NCBI GenBank assembly: GCA_024761205.1
Contig: JAMASS010000013.1
Location: forward strand, 19,802-83,801
DNA: 64,000 nucleotides
Origin: Limisphaerales bacterium
GTDB taxonomy: Bacteria; Verrucomicrobiota; Verrucomicrobiia; Limisphaerales; AAA164-E04
Direction: 5' to 3'
A program made the position numbers and the translations under genes. This document shows positions 28,761-39,393 of this stretch, in pieces. Positions within the stretch are counted from its first letter, which is position 1; each line of letters opens with the position of its first letter. Under the pieces are notes generated by a model. The model did not search any database and was not told the origin of the DNA. It worked only from the letters and a program-made list of their open reading frames with translations.

Positions 28761-29541
28761 CGCCAAGCGGATTCCCGTGGCGCCTCAACTCGAATCAGGC
28801 TCACAGACAACATCAAACTCCAGCTTCTGCCACCACATTAACGAGGTTAAGAAAACCGATCTCATCTTGGTCGTGGGTGGCGATGGCACCATGCTTTCCA
28901 CAGCTCGGGCGCTGAGTGGCGTCAAAACCCCCATACTCGGAATCAACACGGGAAATCTGGGATTCCTCACCACCGCGCCCATGGCCAATCTCCGACATGT
29001 CTTGGCCACGATCTGGAAAGGGCGATTTGAAATTCAATCACGCCCCTACATAGAAGCGACCATTACGACGCAGGGCAATTTCACACGGTCCATAGCTCTC
29101 AATGACTTTGTGATTAGTCGCAGCGAGCTCTCACGCATGATTCAGCTCAACGTCTCAGTCGATGGTGAATTCCTAACTACCTATCAATGTGACGGTCTCA
29201 TCGTCTGCTCGCCTACAGGTTCCACCGCCTACTCTCTCTCGGCTGGCGGACCCATCGTTAGCCCCAATACCGAAGTCATGACCCTCACCCCCATTTGCCC
29301 GCATGCGCTGTCCAATCGATCGGTTATCGTCTCGTTCAAATCGGTGATTCAGGTCGAAGTCGGGATCCACCGCCCCGAGACAATCCTAACGAGCGATGGA
29401 CAAGTCTCGATCACACTCAAACCGGGCGATACCATTCAGTTTCAACAAAGCAAGCACCGCCTACACCTCCTGTCGGTCACCGGAAACGAGTTCTTCGACA
29501 CGCTCCGGCAAAAAATGAAGTGGAGCGGGTCCAACGTCTGA
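28669..29541 (+). CDS. nadK: NAD(+) kinase
   Basis: GGDGTML, GINTGNLGFL, ALND, DGLIVCSPTGSTAYSLSAGGP. Confidence 0.94.
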   Translation: MRQIHRIGLIANPEKARWEANLRKAAELIHNAKRIPVAPQLESGSQTTSNSSFCHHINEVKKTDLILVVGGDGTMLSTARALSGVKTPILGINTGNLGFLTTAPMANLRHVLATIWKGRFEIQSRPYIEATITTQGNFTRSIALNDFVISRSELSRMIQLNVSVDGEFLTTYQCDGLIVCSPTGSTAYSLSAGGPIVSPNTEVMTLTPICPHALSNRSVIVSFKSVIQVEVGIHRPETILTSDGQVSITLKPGDTIQFQQSKHRLHLLSVTGNEFFDTLRQKMKWSGSNV

Positions 29542-29557
29542 GCGCAATTGTTTCAGA

Positions 29558-30206
29558 CTAGATTACACCTCTCGTTGCCAAACAAGCCATGATCATTCCA
29601 TTCCCTCCACCGTCTTGTAACCATAGCCATCGACGATCACACAAGAGATAAATCCGGAATGCGCCGATTTCAACCCCATCGGCAATGCCCTCTGTTACGC
29701 CTTGAATCTCGAAAGCCCCTTCCTGAAACAAAGACGCTCGATAAATATCCGACTTGCCCAAATAAACGAACGCACCCGGTCCCGGTGCCTCCTCTGGCAC
29801 CTCGCAACCCTCCTCGGCGACCACCCATCATGCCTGAATCCAAAGCTGCGGGCGACACTGGATGGCGCGATACCCCGGCTCCGCGCGCGCCATGATCGGC
29901 AATCCACTCGGGGAAAACTCTGCGAAGCCGTTTCATCCCAAGCTCTGAGAGCCAAGAGAACCCTCCTTGGCCAATCGTTGAGCTTGCCCAAGCCGAAGAC
30001 TCGTTCGCCTAGCAAGATCATATCAGTCCCTGCCAACAAAAATAATTGAATACCAACTGACTAACTAACAGCCGCACGTAACGAACTCTGGCCGCACGCT
30101 CACCGCTCAGCACAGGCCGGAGAATCTGGTCTCGCCCGGGGCTTACCTCGGGCCTAACTTCATCCACCGTCCTGGCCGCCAAATAGAGAGCTTCTGGCCG
30201 TTTCAT
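29558..30206 (-). pseudogene. Probable frameshifted remnant of an unidentified gene
   Basis: Starts immediately after the ABC ATPase stop; chain of short overlapping protein-like ORFs in three frames. Confidence 0.35.
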
Positions 30207-31328
30207 TCAAGCAAGCCGCTCCGAAGTTCTCGGATCAAACCAGAGGGCCTGGGATTTATCGAAAGTCAACCACACCTGCGCCCCCCGGGATGCCAATTCC
30301 TGGGAACGGCTCTGGGCAATCAAGGACACTCCGGCAACATTGAGATGCCAATAAGCATCCGCTCCATACCGCTCAATTCGACTCACAGTGGCCTCCATCC
30401 CCATAGAGCCGTTCTCCTTCGCTGCCAATTCGATACTGACATCTTCGGGACGCACACCCATTACAACCATTTGCGGAGGGGATGACCAGAGGTCGTTCGG
30501 CAAATTCAAACGGATGCCTCCACAACCACCAGTTTCAGCGGCAGATACGAAACAAAAACCCTCGTGGGTGCTCCGAACCTCCCCAAGTATACGATTCATT
30601 GGCGGAAAACCGACAAAGCCGGCCACAAACTGGTTCGCCGGCTTCCGATAGACCTCATCCGGACGATCTACCTGCTGCAGACGGCCATGATTCAGGACGG
30701 CCACTCGGTCGCCCAAAGTAAAAGCCTCAAACGGATCATGCGTCACGTAGACTACGGTTGAGCCGACTTCTTCTCGCAAACTAGCAATTTCAATTCGCAG
30801 ACGAAATCTGATCTCCGGTTCCAAGTTCACCAGCGGCTCATCCAACAGGAGCACAGAAGACTCAGACAAAATCGCTCGCCCCAAGGCGACCCGCTGCCGC
30901 TCCCCACGCGAAAGCTGCTCGGGCAACGAATCGAGACGCTCATCCACTCTGAAACGTCGGGCAACCGCCTCGACTCGCTCACGAATCGTTCCCGGTGATG
31001 TTCTCCTAATTGTCAGTGGCACGGCCAGATTCTCGCCAACGGTTAAGTTGGGATACAGCAAGGCATCCTGAAACAACATAAAGACCCCCCTCTTCGCCGG
31101 TCGAATATTCAACACGGGAACCCCGTCAAACAAGACTCTTCCCTCATTAGGCTCCTCTAAACCCGCAATCAATCTAAGCAACGAAGTCTTCCCCGAACCC
31201 GAAGGGCCAACCACCATCAGCATCTCCCCTCGAGCCACCGTTAAGTCGACAGCATCAACCGCTTGCATCATTTGGCGCCGCTCATTGCGATACCGCTTCG
31301 TGACACCTTGAACCTGGATTTCCACCAT
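30207..31328 (-). CDS. MalK/UgpC-type ABC transporter ATP-binding protein
   Basis: GPSGSGKT, LSRGERQRVALGRA, LLLDEPL, YVTHD, TOBE-like C-terminus. Start ATG 31328 inferred. Confidence 0.9.
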   Translation of the reverse strand: MVEIQVQGVTKRYRNERRQMMQAVDAVDLTVARGEMLMVVGPSGSGKTSLLRLIAGLEEPNEGRVLFDGVPVLNIRPAKRGVFMLFQDALLYPNLTVGENLAVPLTIRRTSPGTIRERVEAVARRFRVDERLDSLPEQLSRGERQRVALGRAILSESSVLLLDEPLVNLEPEIRFRLRIEIASLREEVGSTVVYVTHDPFEAFTLGDRVAVLNHGRLQQVDRPDEVYRKPANQFVAGFVGFPPMNRILGEVRSTHEGFCFVSAAETGGCGGIRLNLPNDLWSSPPQMVVMGVRPEDVSIELAAKENGSMGMEATVSRIERYGADAYWHLNVAGVSLIAQSRSQELASRGAQVWLTFDKSQALWFDPRTSERLA

Positions 31329-31396
31329 CGCCTCACCGACAATCAACCGGACAAAACACCGAAATTCAAGTGAAACCATTGATCCAGCGAGCGAGC

Positions 31397-31660
31397 ATGA
31401 CAGAAAACCAAATGATCGTCCCCCCAAAGTGCTCGGTTCGCGCCATTGACAGTCTCGAAGACACATTCCAAGTAACGAGCGCAACGGATGAGTTAGTAGC
31501 CTTACTTCAATGCGCCATTCGGATAAAACAGAAACAATTCGGCAATGAAGCCATCTCACAGGACATTGCAGAGAACGCAATTGAAAATCTTCAGTGCTTA
31601 GCCAAGGCGCTGAATAAACTCATCACCATCGAAGAACAACGGAGAAAGGAAGCCACATGA
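31397..31660 (+). CDS. Small hypothetical protein (AT-rich islet)
   Basis: 87-aa helical-looking ORF, first of a tightly packed small-ORF cluster. Confidence 0.45.
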   Translation: MTENQMIVPPKCSVRAIDSLEDTFQVTSATDELVALLQCAIRIKQKQFGNEAISQDIAENAIENLQCLAKALNKLITIEEQRRKEAT

Positions 31661-31678
31661 GAAAGGAAAGGAAACGAA

Positions 31679-31876
31679 CTGACTATTTGGAATACAGCAG
31701 TTTGGGGAGTAACTGTTGCAGCTATAGCTATCGGTGGCAAATTGGTGATAGCTTTCCATGGAGACTCAATGTCACAACTAGGTATTGCAGGCGGAACCCT
31801 GTTCGTCTTAGGGGTGACTGTGGAGCTGTTGAAAAAATTAAACCGCAAAGCGATGAGGATAAATGAGTTGGCTTAA
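31679..31876 (+). CDS. Small 2-TM membrane protein (CTG start or damaged start; absent from ORF track)
   Basis: AAGGA RBS 6 nt before CTG; TIWNTAVWGVTVAAIAIGGKLVIAF..LGIAGGTLFVLGVTVELLKK. Confidence 0.45.
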   Translation: MTIWNTAVWGVTVAAIAIGGKLVIAFHGDSMSQLGIAGGTLFVLGVTVELLKKLNRKAMRINELA

Positions 31877-32042
31877 TTTCGCTATCGCCGGACTATGGGT
31901 AATGGGTACATCTGCGGCTATCTACATGATAACTGAAGAAGATTTAGGACCCCTGGGAATCGGAATGACTGTTGGGGGAATCTCCTTACTCCTAGGTATG
32001 TGCACATGGTTATTTCAAATGATGAAAGAGGATATGGATTAA
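31863..32042 (+). CDS. Small 2-TM membrane protein (59 aa; absent from ORF track)
   Basis: GAGG RBS, overlaps the previous ORF; MSWLNFAIAGLWVMGTSAAIYMI..LGIGMTVGGISLLLGMCTWLFQMM. Confidence 0.55.
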   Translation: MSWLNFAIAGLWVMGTSAAIYMITEEDLGPLGIGMTVGGISLLLGMCTWLFQMMKEDMD

Positions 32043-32950
32043 CAATGAAAAACACTGATGAATTTGGGAATTACTTTCCCCCTTCACCCCCGCCCCTCTC
32101 ATAATGGCCGAGTAAATGAGCGGGAAGTCTCGCATTTACATACCTGCAAAACCAAATGAGACCAGCCCCCGGCAAGGCCGAAACCTTGCCCAAGCATTAT
32201 CAACAAATCAGTCAGTTGAATCTTATGCACGGAAGTAAGCAACTACTCGCACAAACGACCCCACGGATCAACAACCTGGAAACCTCGCACAACCTGTGCC
32301 CCCCGGGACGGACGAACCAACCGCTCAAACTCACCCTCGCGCCGCCACCCAAGCCCAGAAACGAAGCCCCGAACAGGATGTCAATACTCCAAAAGCCGCC
32401 GACATTAGCCTTACAGGACGATGGAGCAACAACATGACCATGTAGGTGGTCGATTCGGCTGACCACAAGCCTTTAGCGCCTACCACATGCCCGGCACCTC
32501 AACCACGCCAATCGAGCCACCCCAATCCGGCGAGTCCGTATTGGCAATAGAGCGGGGTGGGCAACCGGCCGGAAATGCGCTGGAACGGCGGCGTCTTGCA
32601 GTATTCCCCGCAGGCCAACGGCCAATGACAAGACCTCAGCCTTGACCAGAGATTCTTCCGCTTGGAGCCGTAAAACACCCCCCCGTTATCCGCAAGGCGG
32701 TATCGAAAGGGTCCCTTTTTGCAGTCTGTGCTCGGCGGCATTGGCATCCATTCGGCTTGCAGCGCCTCAAAAATCTGGCTTGCAACCCCGGGCGTCTGCA
32801 AACCCCGTAGATGCACTCTGTGCTTGTTCCGAAATTCCCAAACAAATATCCTCATGCAGTCTTCGTCCTCGGGGGGTGATTCAACGTCTGTCTTCCCCAG
32901 TAATAATCCCATCCTTGCCATTCCACGGCTTCACACTATGATTCGTCCGA

Positions 32951-33550
32951 GTGACGGACAAATGGAAAGCTTGGCTGCCCGCGGCCTTGATGCTCGTGTT
33001 TGCCTGTACGCGTTGGCCAGGACTGATGCCGCCGAATTTTAGCGCCGCCTACGCGCTGACGTTTTGTGCCGGTGTCTACTTTGGAAAACGGATGGCTTGG
33101 TTTCTTCCCCTGAGTGTCCTGTTGTTCACCGACGGCGCCTTGAACATCCACTACGGCCAGCCGTTTCGGCCCTATCAGCTTTTCACCTATGTTGGTTACA
33201 TAGGTCTCATCGGCATCGGCCGATGCTTGGGACCCAACGCTTCTGCGCCAAAACTCCTCATGGGCAGTCTATTCGGAGCCATTCTGTTCTACCTAGTAAC
33301 TAACACGGCGGCGTGGTTCTTCAATCCCTTCCGAAATCCGGAATACACGCGCGACCTAATGGGCTGGATTATCGCCCTCACCAAAGGCACAGCCAACTGG
33401 CCTGATACATGGGTCTTTTTCCGCAATACGCTGACCAGCAGCGGCTTGTTCACCGCCCTATTTGTTGGTACTATGAAACTCGCGGAGAGTCCTGAGGAAG
33501 AAGAGTCTCTGGACACAGAGGCCGAGAGGCCGGCGGAAACGCCCGCCTAA
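32951..33550 (+). CDS. DUF6580-like putative transporter membrane protein
   Basis: R..P...PPNFS..A..F, GSLFGAILFYLVTN, FFRNTLTS. Confidence 0.7.
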   Translation: MTDKWKAWLPAALMLVFACTRWPGLMPPNFSAAYALTFCAGVYFGKRMAWFLPLSVLLFTDGALNIHYGQPFRPYQLFTYVGYIGLIGIGRCLGPNASAPKLLMGSLFGAILFYLVTNTAAWFFNPFRNPEYTRDLMGWIIALTKGTANWPDTWVFFRNTLTSSGLFTALFVGTMKLAESPEEEESLDTEAERPAETPA

Positions 33551-33556
33551 GCGTCG

Positions 33557-33990
33557 TGTGATCACTCTGGGGCATCATCTCGGATAAACACGGGCACCTT
33601 GATCACCAGGTCTCTCAGATATTCGCCAACGTCGATCACATTCTCCACACCGGTGATATCGGCTCGCCTAACATTCCGGCAAAGCTTGAAGCTTTGGCCC
33701 CAATCACAGCGGTCCTCGGAAATACCGATTTCAATATTGATCTTCCCCGAGACAGCGATCATTGAGCTGGCGAAGAAAAGGTTCCTCCTGCACCACAACA
33801 GCTGTCAGGCCCCCCCAACTCTCAATTCATCGCAAGCTGAATTCCGAAAAATCGGACGCGGTTGTCTTTGGCCACACCCGCAGACATCTACGGACGGTGG
33901 CTGAAAGCGGCGAATAAGCGTCGTGCTCCCATCCTTCGCCGAGGTTTGGGATGGCGAACAGAGCCTGCGGCATCTCATCGTCTTTCAACA
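33557..33990 (+). pseudogene. YfcE/YsnB-type metallophosphoesterase pseudogene
   Basis: Manual translation: GIISDKHG, VDHILHTGDIG, AVLGNTD, then frameshifts, then DAVVFGHTR. End approximate. Confidence 0.8.
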
Positions 33991-34462
33991 ACAACAACGC
34001 GAGAGCAGCTTGGAGAACGTCGTGAAGATGACAGAGGTGTTAGCCGATGGGTCGCACCCTCCAACGAACCATGAACCGAAAGGAATCCTCTCGGACACCG
34101 AAGACCGTCCCCCCTACAGTTCGATTTGGAGCTTGGGCCGGTTCGCGGTCTCCCTGCTCACGGGCGATCGAAAGGACCAACAACGAGACCAAGAAACCCG
34201 GGGAACAACTCGCAACACTCAGAGCCGTGCGGCGACCCTGCACCTCTCTGGCTCCTCAAACAATCTCCTTCTCGAACCGACCGTCTGAATTACCGTCTTC
34301 GACATCCACAGCATTAACCACCGCCTCAAGCTGATCGTGCCTTTACTGACGAATATACCCACGTCATCCATTAACAGTGTGCGTCCCCACCCTGTTTCCT
34401 TCGTATCTTTGTTGACGACCAGTCAGTCACCCACATCAGTCTTCCACCCAGAAGCCCCGTGT

Positions 34463-35971
34463 CTAAGCAAATAGCCGCTCAATCGGTTTCCCTAAACCAT
34501 CACGGGTCACATAAAACGGCCGCTGCTCGATCTCGTAAGCATGCCGCGGTGAAATGCCCATCGCCCGATAAATGGTCGCATGAAGATCCTCAATCACTAC
34601 CCGGTCCTTAATGGTCTTACATGGACGCTCATCCGCAGTCTCTCCGTAAAGAAATCCCTTCTTGATGCCGCCACCAAACATCAAAACACAACCCGCATCC
34701 GTAAAGTGCCGATGCATTCCGTAATGTTTCTCATCCTCAATCTTCTCCGGAACAAACACTTGATCCTTCACTTTTCTTCCGGGCTTGCCCTCGGTCATCA
34801 TGTCCCGACTAAACTCACTCGCCAGGACGATCAATGTCCGATCCAAAAGCCCCCGCTCCTCAAGATCCAGAACCAGCTGAGCAACCGGGCTATCAATCTG
34901 CTTCTTCATGTCAACCAATCGCTTGTGCCCGTGTTCGTGAGTGTCCCAGTTCAGAAAAGGAATATACTCGGTAGTGACTTCAATGAAGCGAGCACCCACC
35001 TCCACCAAACGCCGCGCCAGCAAGCATCCAAGTCCGAAGCGAGTGACAGTCTGAGCTTCATAGGAACCGTCACGACGAAACGAAGCCTGCGACAGGGCAC
35101 CGGGATCGACACCCGACGGCAAATACTTAGCCAGTGATCGTCGGGGTTCCAATGAGAGATCAAAGGCTTTGGCTGCAGGAGAACTCAGCAGCCGATGAGC
35201 GTACTCCATCGATTGGACGAGCGACTCTTGCTGATAGTCACTTCCGTACCGACCAATCGGGCTTGCGTTCAAGAGTTTCTTGTACAGACGATTTCGATTT
35301 TGAAACCGATCGATGCCCATCCCCTTAGGAGGCCTCACGGTATCGACCGCCTGATCTGGATACGGGACGATGAACGGACCATACTCGCTCCCTAAAAAAC
35401 CAGCGGTGTGGAACGCTTTCAATTCCTCACTCTCACCCACATCAAATCGCTGACCAATGTCAATGAACGCAGGCACTGCGGGATCCCTCGGGCCCAGCGT
35501 CCGCGCAACCACAGCGCCCAAATGCGGCGCCGCGACCGTCTGTGGCGGCGCATAACCAGTGTGCCATTGATACTGATGCCGAGAGTGAAGGATGAAACCC
35601 AAGTCCCCAGCGGTATAAGTCCGAATCAACGCCCCCTGATCCATCACACCGGCTATCCTCTCTAAACCTGAGGAAAATTTGATATGGTCCACAGCCGTAT
35701 CAATTGAGGGAAACGTGCTAAGGACTCGATTAGGATCCATCCCCTTTTCGAACGGGACATATCGTTTGGGATCAAAGGTTTCAGTTGCCGACATCCCACC
35801 GCCCATCCATAAGATAATCAGACAATCTGCGTTCGGCGGTGGCACCTTTTCAGTTACGCTATCCGCCAATGCCGCCACTGGATATCCCGCAGCCAACGCA
35901 CTGAGGGTTGCGCTACTTGCGGTTTTGAGAAAATCACGTCGATTCCAATCCTGCGAAGTCATCATGACCAA
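34463..35971 (-). CDS. DUF1501 domain protein with Tat signal
   Basis: NRRDFLK, ILWMGGGMSATETFDPK, CLLARRLVEVGARF, WDTH, SEFSR. Confidence 0.9.
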   Translation of the reverse strand: MVMMTSQDWNRRDFLKTASSATLSALAAGYPVAALADSVTEKVPPPNADCLIILWMGGGMSATETFDPKRYVPFEKGMDPNRVLSTFPSIDTAVDHIKFSSGLERIAGVMDQGALIRTYTAGDLGFILHSRHQYQWHTGYAPPQTVAAPHLGAVVARTLGPRDPAVPAFIDIGQRFDVGESEELKAFHTAGFLGSEYGPFIVPYPDQAVDTVRPPKGMGIDRFQNRNRLYKKLLNASPIGRYGSDYQQESLVQSMEYAHRLLSSPAAKAFDLSLEPRRSLAKYLPSGVDPGALSQASFRRDGSYEAQTVTRFGLGCLLARRLVEVGARFIEVTTEYIPFLNWDTHEHGHKRLVDMKKQIDSPVAQLVLDLEERGLLDRTLIVLASEFSRDMMTEGKPGRKVKDQVFVPEKIEDEKHYGMHRHFTDAGCVLMFGGGIKKGFLYGETADERPCKTIKDRVVIEDLHATIYRAMGISPRHAYEIEQRPFYVTRDGLGKPIERLFA

Positions 35972-36161
35972 ACGCTTTTAAAGCCTTGCCACTTTGCCTT
36001 TCACGGCATCTCGATTCAAGATCAAATGCCGGCCATCAATGCGGAAAGGATCTCAGCCCCTTCACCCCTCCGCCAAAATGAGGGACTGAAGTCCCTTCTA
36101 CATTTTCTCCTCGATGCCGCTTGAAACCAACCTTGGAATTCCGAGATGATCGCCGACAGCA

Positions 36162-37913
36162 ATGAGACAAACGATTTCGCGATATCTGCGAAAACTTCCT
36201 AAGAAAACCCAAACGATTGCCCTCACTTGCGTTTACGGTCTCTTCGCTGGTCTGGCTGCCGTTCTCTTCCATCTCGTCATTCAAGGTCTCTTTAGTGTCA
36301 CCTTTCAACGGCTCGCGACCCTCACGCCCCAAACATTTGCCATTGGCAGCTTCGTTATCATTATTTCCTCATCCTTAGCCGTCGGGTTTCTTCTGACTCG
36401 CTTCTGCCCCGGAGCGTCAGGAAGCGGGATACCCCAATTGAAACTCGCGTTCTGGAAGGACTTCGGAACAGTCTCCTGGCAAGTGGTGTGGGTCAAATTC
36501 GTTGCCGGAGTGTTGAGCATCGGTGGGGGCTGCAGCCTCGGTCGTGAGGGGCCAAGCGTGCAACTAGCCAGTGGCGTTGCCTCGAACTTGGCTGGCGTTT
36601 TGGGCGAGCCTAAACAAACCCGCCGCCACGCCGCCGCCGCCGGTGCCGCCGCCGGGCTCGCTGCTGCCTTCAATACCCCGTTGGCAGCAATCACCTTTGT
36701 CTTGGAAGAAATCGTCCAAGATCTCAACAGCCGAATCCTCGGCAGCATTCTCCTTGCCTCGGTCCTCGGTGCCTTAGTTGTTCACGGCCTCGTCGGCCCG
36801 CAGCCCGCCTTCGTGATTGATAAAGTCAACTCTCCAGACTGGCGCGTTTATCTCCTGATTCCCGTGGTTGCGGCGGCAGCGTCCTTGATTGGCATTCTCT
36901 TCCAGAAAGCCACCTTAGCACTCCGAAAGAAACGCAAGCGTTTCGAACGCATTCCCGCTTGGTTCCGTCCGACCATCGGCGGACTCGTTACCTGGGTGCT
37001 TGGTGTCGCGGTGTTCTTGATCACCAGCCGCAACGGTCGGCCGGGATCACTCGGGGTGTTTAGCGTCGGCTACGAAGACCTTTCCCGAGCCCTGAGTGTC
37101 CTTGATGCCATCGACTGGCGGGTCGCCGGGCTCTTGCTCGCTGCGAAACTCATTGCCACTTTCGCCTGCTACGGCTTTGGCGGTTGCGGGGGTATCTTCT
37201 CACCAACCCTATTCCTCGGTGGCATGTGCGGCGTCTTTCTTACCGGCATCTTCGGACATTGGCTGGACCTTGATGCTTCCGCCCATGTGCTGCTAGCGAT
37301 CGTCGGTATGAGCGCCTGTCTTGGCGCAGTTGTCAGAGCGCCCGTCACCGGCATTCTTATCGTCTTCGAGATGACTCACGAGTTCAGTCTGGTGCCGGCG
37401 CTGATGCTCGGGGCGCTGATCAGTTCCGCCATTTCTCGCCGCCTTAGCAAAGAGAATTTTTACGAGGCCATTCTCCTCCAAGACGGCCACAATCTCGATC
37501 ATGTTATTCCTCCCCGTGATCTCAAAAGCTGGCAACAACTTCCCGTCTCTGCTATCGCCAATTTTCAGGTCGCCGCCGCCACCGAGCTCAGTCCTGATTC
37601 GCTCAAAGAGCTCCTCCGGCAGTACCCTTATAAACGCTTTCCTGCTATCAAGGAGAATCAGCTCATCGGCATCCTCACTCGGAAGGGTGCCGAGGAAACT
37701 ATTCAGGCAGGAAAGGTTCCCCATCTAGAAGAATCCACTACCTGCCTCCCTACCGAGACCATTAAAGAACTCCAATTTCACCTCATCGAATCATCTACGG
37801 GATTCGTCGCAGTTCTGGATCGAAAAGGGGGTAATATGATTGGCTTAGTGACTCTCCACGATCTTCTGCGAGCGGAAGTTTCGATCACCAAGGAGGGCAG
37901 TGAGGATTGCTGA
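36162..37913 (+). CDS. ClC chloride channel/antiporter with CBS domains
   Basis: GSGIP, GREGP, AAFNTPL, GIFSP, C-terminal CBS pair. Confidence 0.93.
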   Translation: MRQTISRYLRKLPKKTQTIALTCVYGLFAGLAAVLFHLVIQGLFSVTFQRLATLTPQTFAIGSFVIIISSSLAVGFLLTRFCPGASGSGIPQLKLAFWKDFGTVSWQVVWVKFVAGVLSIGGGCSLGREGPSVQLASGVASNLAGVLGEPKQTRRHAAAAGAAAGLAAAFNTPLAAITFVLEEIVQDLNSRILGSILLASVLGALVVHGLVGPQPAFVIDKVNSPDWRVYLLIPVVAAAASLIGILFQKATLALRKKRKRFERIPAWFRPTIGGLVTWVLGVAVFLITSRNGRPGSLGVFSVGYEDLSRALSVLDAIDWRVAGLLLAAKLIATFACYGFGGCGGIFSPTLFLGGMCGVFLTGIFGHWLDLDASAHVLLAIVGMSACLGAVVRAPVTGILIVFEMTHEFSLVPALMLGALISSAISRRLSKENFYEAILLQDGHNLDHVIPPRDLKSWQQLPVSAIANFQVAAATELSPDSLKELLRQYPYKRFPAIKENQLIGILTRKGAEETIQAGKVPHLEESTTCLPTETIKELQFHLIESSTGFVAVLDRKGGNMIGLVTLHDLLRAEVSITKEGSEDC

Positions 37914-38297
37914 ACGGGAAAGGAGCGCGGACACTCTTGTCCACATCCACTACTGACTAGGCCCAACTTCGCGGACGAACGTATGCGCGCCCCTCCGACG
38001 CAATTCCATTCGAGCAAATTGTCCGATCAACCAAATCCCCAGCAAATTCGCAGGGAGGTCAAACACCGGGAAACTCCGATTCAAAACAAAAATCTATTTC
38101 GTTTCCTCCAGAACCAAGATCACCGTGACCACCAAATTCCCCTTTAGCACCCCTAGCTCAGCGATTCGAATCACCCGTCGGCCAATGGTAACATTCACAG
38201 CAAATGCCAGCATTTGCATGAGGCCGAAATGACCCAACGTATCCGTCCAAGGAAAACCAGGAATAAAAAAAGACCAACCGCCTTGATTTATCAAGGC

Positions 38298-38710
38298 CTA
38301 CCAATCGACTTCGACGCTCAACCGATTCCCAAATCGATTGTTGTAATACACCATCTTGTTCGCCATCCCGTACTCGTGGACCATTTTCGTGATCTTGACG
38401 CCAAAACAGCAATATTCAGCGATTTTCATTAACTCGCCCTCCTTAAACTACTGAATAGCCTGCAAACCTTCCGCCGTCTTCTCGGTTCCCAATATCACGG
38501 TTGCCACCGGCATCGAGCGACAACCGATGGCTCAGAAGCCGCTGTAAATCCACCATCAGGTCAAGGGTCGGTCGGCGCCTGGGTGAGATCAATAACCGAG
38601 TAACCGTGCAGAACCTCGTAGTTGAAACGCAAATGATTGAACCCCACGACCAGGGCAGCCTTGAGGAGTTCCTCGATCAACTCGTTCACCTCAGGTCCCC
38701 GTAAATTCGA
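38298..38710 (-). pseudogene. RNase H-like (RNase_H_2/YprB-type) exonuclease domain pseudogene, 5'-truncated
   Basis: RIYG/PEVNELIEELLKAALVVGFNHLRF..L; DLMVDLQRLLSHRLSLD; KTAEGLQAIQ*FKEGELMKIAEYCCF; frameshifts and an internal stop. Confidence 0.75.
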
Positions 38711-38711
38711 T

Positions 38712-38903
38712 CGCAAATAGGATTGCAATTTTCCCTCCGGACCGATTCGTCCGGATCTCGATTTGTATGAAGAGCTTGTTTTGGTGTGAAAGCGGGCATG
38801 ACATCTCTGGGGCGCTTGCGATTTCCACTCGAACTCCCGCAGTGGCAATGGATAGTCTTTGCATTCACACGGGACAATTGAGAAAGGCAAGATAGCCGTC
38901 CTC
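38712..38903 (+). pseudogene. Amidohydrolase pseudogene, C-terminal half
   Basis: Across frameshifts: RTDS, PDLDLYEELVLV, KAGMTSL, ALAISTRTPAVAM, HGTIEKGKIAVL. Confidence 0.75.
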
Positions 38904-39393
38904 TCCCGAATTTCTCGTCAATGGAGTCGGACGCCATAAGGCGGCCGAGATTTTGAGGGCTCCTCGAGGATGGGGCGGCGGGCGGCTTGATCCCGGCTTG
39001 CCCGCTGAGGCCGTAAGTCCCATCTCTTTCTTGGCCGCGAGGATCAAAGCCTCCTCGCCCGGCTCAGGATTTGGGCATAGTCGCAGCGCCAGCGCCGGAT
39101 TGCGGGCCTGGGCTCCCGAAGGAACAAGACCTTGATCGCGGTGACGGCGCCGTCGATTGCCGTGAATTCGATTTCACGGCTCATTGGGCAGATTTACTTT
39201 CCAATGCATGGGTGGAGCCATTGCTTGGCTCCTGGCCTCTGAAAGTGTCGCTCATGCCTTGAACTTTGCACCGATCCTTGGTTGTCGCTGGTGGTTCGTT
39301 GACCGGATGGTTTCTCGGACGCCCGAATCGACGGAGTCTCGCTCCACCTTTCTTGCTCAGATTGCCGCTGGCGGGCCATTGAGATCTCTGGAT

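Noticed and set aside
32640-32950. Cobalamin or SAM riboswitch upstream of the DUF6580-like transporter
   Set aside because: Only short hairpins; no GGGAA/B12-box or SAM-I core elements found by eye. An Rfam scan would be decisive.
34000-34440. Further pseudogene fragment (RETANRPKLQIEL on the - strand)
   Set aside because: Too short and degraded to assign a family
37922-37945. REP-like palindrome GGACA-CTCT-TGTCC after the ClC gene
   Set aside because: Single imperfect copy in the window; cannot show it is repeated
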